A stretch of 61,869 bases of DNA, the filler included, from Rhabdomonas costata (taxonomy: Eukaryota), in the NCBI GenBank assembly GCA_019059605.1. It is 17 parts of 17 records of this genome, joined end to end, with 100 filler letters (N's around TTAATTAATTAA, not from the genome) between each part and the next. Parts side by side here need not be neighbours in the genome. Positions count along the whole stretch, not along the records: positions 58,341 to 61,869 come from JAHMHO010000751.1; 16 more parts are not named here. One strand, written 5' to 3'. The notes beneath the pieces are model-generated. The model made no database searches, was not told the origin of the DNA, and saw nothing but the letters and a program-made list of their open reading frames with translations. Position numbers and translations under genes: made by a program. Below, in pieces: positions 58,822 through 61,869 of the stretch; within the stretch, counting starts at the first letter, position 1, and every line of letters starts with the position of its first letter.

Positions 58822-61800
58822 TCAGTACACGTAGATTCGGCCATCACCGCACGTGATCACAATCTCACCGTCCCGCAGAAGGATGTCTTTGGGTTCAGCC
58901 AAAAGCTTCAGCACGTGCAGAAGCTTGCCATCGGGACTCAGCACTTGCATCGCCCACCCATCCTTGTCCAAAATGACATAGTTCCCTGTACCCACCAAGT
59001 GACAACCCCCCACATTCCACGGGAAGCACCGGGTTGGGTGGAGTGCATCCGAAAGACAGACCAACACTTCCCCACAGTCTGAGGTCTGACGGTTCTCCAG
59101 AGGTGGCCAGCGCCATCAGTGATAATAGTATATCAGTGATAATAATATATCCTCCGCTTTAGCCCCGCAAAAAAACGGGGAACTTTCGACAATTGGAGAC
59201 TGTTCCACTTCAGCGATGATTCCCAGCCCCCAAAGCCTCACAACATCCCAAATTAAGTCTCTACGCCCATATGGATGTCTCATGAACAGTATTCTCACTA
59301 TCACAAAACAGATGGCAAAGGAAGAAAGGAATGATCGCAAGGCCCTTATCGACATCAAGTGGGGCCGAATTTAGTGCAACATAGCAAAGAAGTCGCGCAT
59401 GGAGATGACGAGAGAGATGACAAACACCTACGCTGTCCACCGCGACAGCCGTCGGCCTGCAAGAGACCATTGGCAGAGAAGGAGGCAGCTGGATTCGTCG
59501 AAGAATAGCCCCATCCGCCTGAGCAGGGAGGCATCGAGATAAGGCAAGCAGGCACAGGCTGTGCAGAAAGGAATAGCATTGCAGACAACATTTCAGATGA
59601 ACTGCAATAACCTACCCCTCCTATTGGCCATTGGTTCAAAAGATGGGTGTCACATCACACTGACCAAAAAGGATGGTGAGAACCCGCACTACAATGCATA
59701 GCAAAAGCGGAAAAGAAAACGGGCACTGGCGGTGGTGAATGCCCACAGCAGACAGGATTCCTTCAAAAGCAACTCAGCAAAAAAATGCACGGTGGGAAGG
59801 TTCTAGCAAAGGAAGGGAAGGGTTCGAAGGAAGGGAAGGGCCCTGCGGCGAAACCAGTGCATTGCCAGTCCATGGCGTTGTTCAACCACCTCAACTCTTC
59901 CCATGGGAGGAAGGGGGCGAAAACATTCCTGGGCAAGATATGTTGAATCCGGAGCACTTTCAATCTCCCGTTAAAAAGCCACTTGGTCATCAAAGAGGAG
60001 GGGGGGGGTGCACACGCCTTCGTGATGCACAGGAACCCGGTCTCCCACTCCACGACCGCCAAGTGACCCTCTGGGGTCTCCGCCACTCCCATGGGGCGGT
60101 GCATCCCCTTCACCTCCCCAAGCGGGTGGCCATCCTCCAGATCGAAGACTTGAAGGCGGTCGTTGCGGCTGTCCGCAACTACCGCGCGGGGCGGGCCATG
60201 CCGCGGAAGGCACAGCCCCTTGGGATACCACAGCTGTCCCAGCTCTACCACAAGGAGGAGCCAAACCCGCTAACTTTTCCCAGTGGATGAAGGTGAAGGA
60301 AGACAAGACCACGAAGGGGAAACAGTAGCTGAGGGTAGCTGAGGGTAACTGAAACCAGAGATGAGCCTAGGATGGTTACAAGGTGGGTCTAAGAAAGCAG
60401 CCCGGTACTAAATAGCGCTTAACGCTATTCCTCCTCCAACGCACCACGTTTTATTTCACTAACCGCACCCCACAAGGCAAAACATTCCCAGATCAACATG
60501 TCACGCTTCCATTGTTCGAAAATGTCTCGAACGTACCCCCCACCCCGGTATGCTGTGTGAACGGTTCAGTCAGTGCCACTCAGTGATCTCAACTTGTTAC
60601 CAACTGGTACTGGTACACGGAAGACAAAGTCAACTTCAAGGGTAATTTGGCGGCGGTATATGAGGGCGGGTGCAAAAAGGTGGCACTCACCAGTGCCGTG
60701 CCCGCCCCCAATGAAGCGGAGATGGATCCCCTCTGGGCTCACCACCTGCAGCCTGTGGTTGAGGTATTCACTGATAACATAGCCTCCGCCAGGAAGCACC
60801 GCCACCCCGTAAGGGCATGAGAACTGCCCTGGGCCGCTGCCCTCCCCGCCAAACTGCCGCACCATTGACCCATCCGGCTTCATCACCTGAAAGTGAAGTT
60901 CAACTTCATAATTCTTCGCACAGCAACATTTGCCAAAGATACCCCATTTTGTAACGTGTTTTTTGTGAAAGGCTGGAAAGAATAATCTACTCTGTCACGC
61001 CAGTCAGCCGAGGGGTGGGGGTAAAGAAGGTACGGGAACGAGTGCAAGAGTGCATGCTGCGGCGGAGACGAAATCGGGCCGTCTGGGCAACTGGTTAGCG
61101 TATGGCGATTTCACATAGGAACGAGGACTGATCGTTGAGGCTCGCCTCATGCTACAACACACGCGCCTGCTGGAATTATGAAACTATACAAAGCCACGCA
61201 GTGTTTTTTGTAAATGAACGGGCTGCCACGAATAAATTTGGACGGGCCACAGCACTTCATAGCATGCTTTTCACAATGCGCACTTCACATAGTCACCAAA
61301 ACGAAGAGCGAGAGAGCGCAGAAAGAATCCAGCACTATTCCACGTCCGGATTGGCGAATAGGTGACTGCACGTCTGCGAAACTCGCAAGCAACCCTCAGT
61401 GTACCTTCACACGGTGGCTCAGCATATCGGCCACTACCCAGGCAGACTCGCGGCTGTCCCAGGCAATCCCAGCGGGAAGCTCGTCCTGGAGGAACTCCGG
61501 CAAGTCCTTGCCCAGCACTGCTCTGGGGTTAACCTTGGAACTGTAGTCCGCTACGGGCACTCGCCTGGCATCGTATCCGTCCTCTTCCCTATTCTCCTTA
61601 CCGCTCCGACCAACAACGCTGCTGCTGCTGCTCGTCGAGCTGCTGGTTTCCCTGTCTTGCAAATCACTGCGCCCTTCGGGGATCGCGCGTGGTGCAGCAG
61701 CAGCAGCAGGTTCGAAGCTCGGGGTCACAGGTGCAGGACTGATGGTCGTTGCGGATGTGGGCGGCGAGTTCAACACAGGATTCACCGGAAGGATGTGACA
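58822..61800 (-). CDS. NHL-repeat protein, multi-exon
   Basis: Exons at about 61800-61405, 60886-60691, 60244-60037, 59964-59889, 59455-59428 and 58985-58822 (PAGIAWD..VADMLSHRVKV; GEGSGPGQFSCPYGVAV..NHRLQV; YPKGL..VADSRNDRLQV; RPTAVAVDSVGNYVILD). Confidence 0.85.
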
Positions 61801-61869
61801 GTGCTGTGGAGTTGCAAAAAGCATCGCTACGCAGACGTACAGACGCACGTACACGAGAAATGACAAAAA

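Noticed and set aside
1-61869. Gene neighbourhood across contigs (e.g. ZNFX1 + methyltransferase + GT31 as a cluster)
   Set aside because: Contigs are concatenated roughly by size, so adjacency across spacers is meaningless.

Overview
This is not one locus. It is 17 unlinked contigs of about 3.53-3.58 kb, roughly size-sorted and joined by 100-nt N/TTAATTAATTAA/N spacers, from an intron-rich microbial eukaryote. An AIR9-like gene argues against an animal or fungal source, but the lineage cannot be fixed from the sequence. At least six contig ends are fold-back inversions, which suggests a whole-genome-amplified (single-cell) assembly. Genes recognised by manual splicing: LamG/Ig-like protein, GT8, PDZ protein, beta-carbonic anhydrase, UPF0020/THUMP-type RNA methyltransferase, ESF2/ABT1, sterol delta-7 reductase, GT17, AIR9-like protein, ZNFX1-like RZ-finger C-terminus, two NHL-repeat proteins, a secreted EGF-methyltransferase fusion, a double-domain GT31, a PbfA-like class-III PLP enzyme and a truncated Merlin/IS1595 transposon. 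Two signals stand out. (1) A family of cysteine-rich proteins is built from two module types, each encoded by exactly one symmetric phase-1 exon; there are 10 such exons on 3 unlinked contigs, in different orders, making it a candidate exon-shuffled variable surface-protein system. (2) The beta-CA contig closes on itself with an exact 127-nt terminal repeat, indicating a 3,425-bp tandem unit or circle. All family assignments come from motif recognition by eye; no searches were run.
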